From Octopus sinensis (lineage: Eukaryota), in assembly GCF_006345805.1 (NCBI RefSeq), contig NW_021828340.1, forward strand, positions 1-8,784: DNA of 8,784 nt. The letters run 5' to 3'. The notes under the pieces were generated by a model. The model did not search any database, was not told the origin of the DNA, and was given only the letters and a program-made list of their open reading frames with translations. Shown piece after piece: positions 8,299 through 8,784 of this stretch (within the stretch, counting starts at the first letter, position 1; the number at the start of each line of letters is the position of its first letter). A program made the translations under genes and the position numbers.

Positions 8299-8566
8299 TC
8301 TGTTATATTTTGGTTCATCTCATAATAACCTTGTTTTATTTCACTATTAAAGATATTATTATCAGTGGTGGTGGTCAGTTGGACAGTCAACACCGCTAAT
8401 GTCAACATCAACATGATCAATATACAATTCCTCCACAAACACAAGGGTTTTGTAGTACATGTGATTAAATCCATCCCCATTATTTCACTGGTACATTGGT
8501 AATATTTATATTATACAGATCAATATAATACTGGAGAGTGTATATAATATATATTTATTAACTAAC

Positions 8567-8603
8567 CTGCTTCAGCATCAGAGACACAACACCATAGTGT
8601 TGG
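8567..8603 (-). CDS. 37-nt micro-exon of an ankyrin-repeat gene (probable E3 ubiquitin-protein ligase MIB2-like); encodes (x)QHYGVVSLMLKQ
   Basis: Minus strand reads polypyrimidine tract tttttctttccttatcctttactttcag|CCAACAC...AAGCAG|gttagt. The exon has 1 leftover nt plus 12 codons and a phase-0 donor that joins the 3848 exon in frame. The peptide fits the second helix of an ankyrin repeat. It is not in the ORF track. Confidence 0.85.
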
Positions 8604-8784
8604 CTGAAAGTAAAGGATAAGGAAAGAAAAACATGAAAAAAACAAACATCACACAGCTTGAGATAATAATTATTAGGTCATTAAAGAAAACAAATGTAAT
8701 TAGGTCACAATAACTTAATTACAGCAATTATTACACACATACTCACACACACACATATATTTATTCAATACACACTCTACACAG

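Larger units (their letters stand above)
3849..8566 (-). other. GT-AG intron (4718 nt), phase 0
   Basis: Donor gttagt at 8566-8561 and acceptor aag at 3851-3849; the flanking exons join in frame. Confidence 0.8.

Overview
Eukaryotic, AT-rich intronic DNA, most likely from a coleoid cephalopod (Octopus; inferred from recalled SINE/RTE consensus sequences and the protein family, not from a search). The minus strand carries three GT-AG exons (8603-8567, 3848-3642, 180-1) that splice in frame into the C-terminal ankyrin region of a probable MIB2-like E3 ligase. The two introns are filled with mobile DNA: three non-autonomous Helitron-like elements, two 5'-truncated RTE LINEs (one with a PHD-like finger inside the RT), a young CR1-clade 3' fragment, a tRNA-derived SINE and microsatellites. 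The most unusual feature is a ~460-bp fold-back (4278-4735). Each arm contains a degenerate minimal type I hammerhead ribozyme, which suggests inverted Penelope-like pLTRs, and the hairpin is a candidate ADAR substrate in the pre-mRNA.
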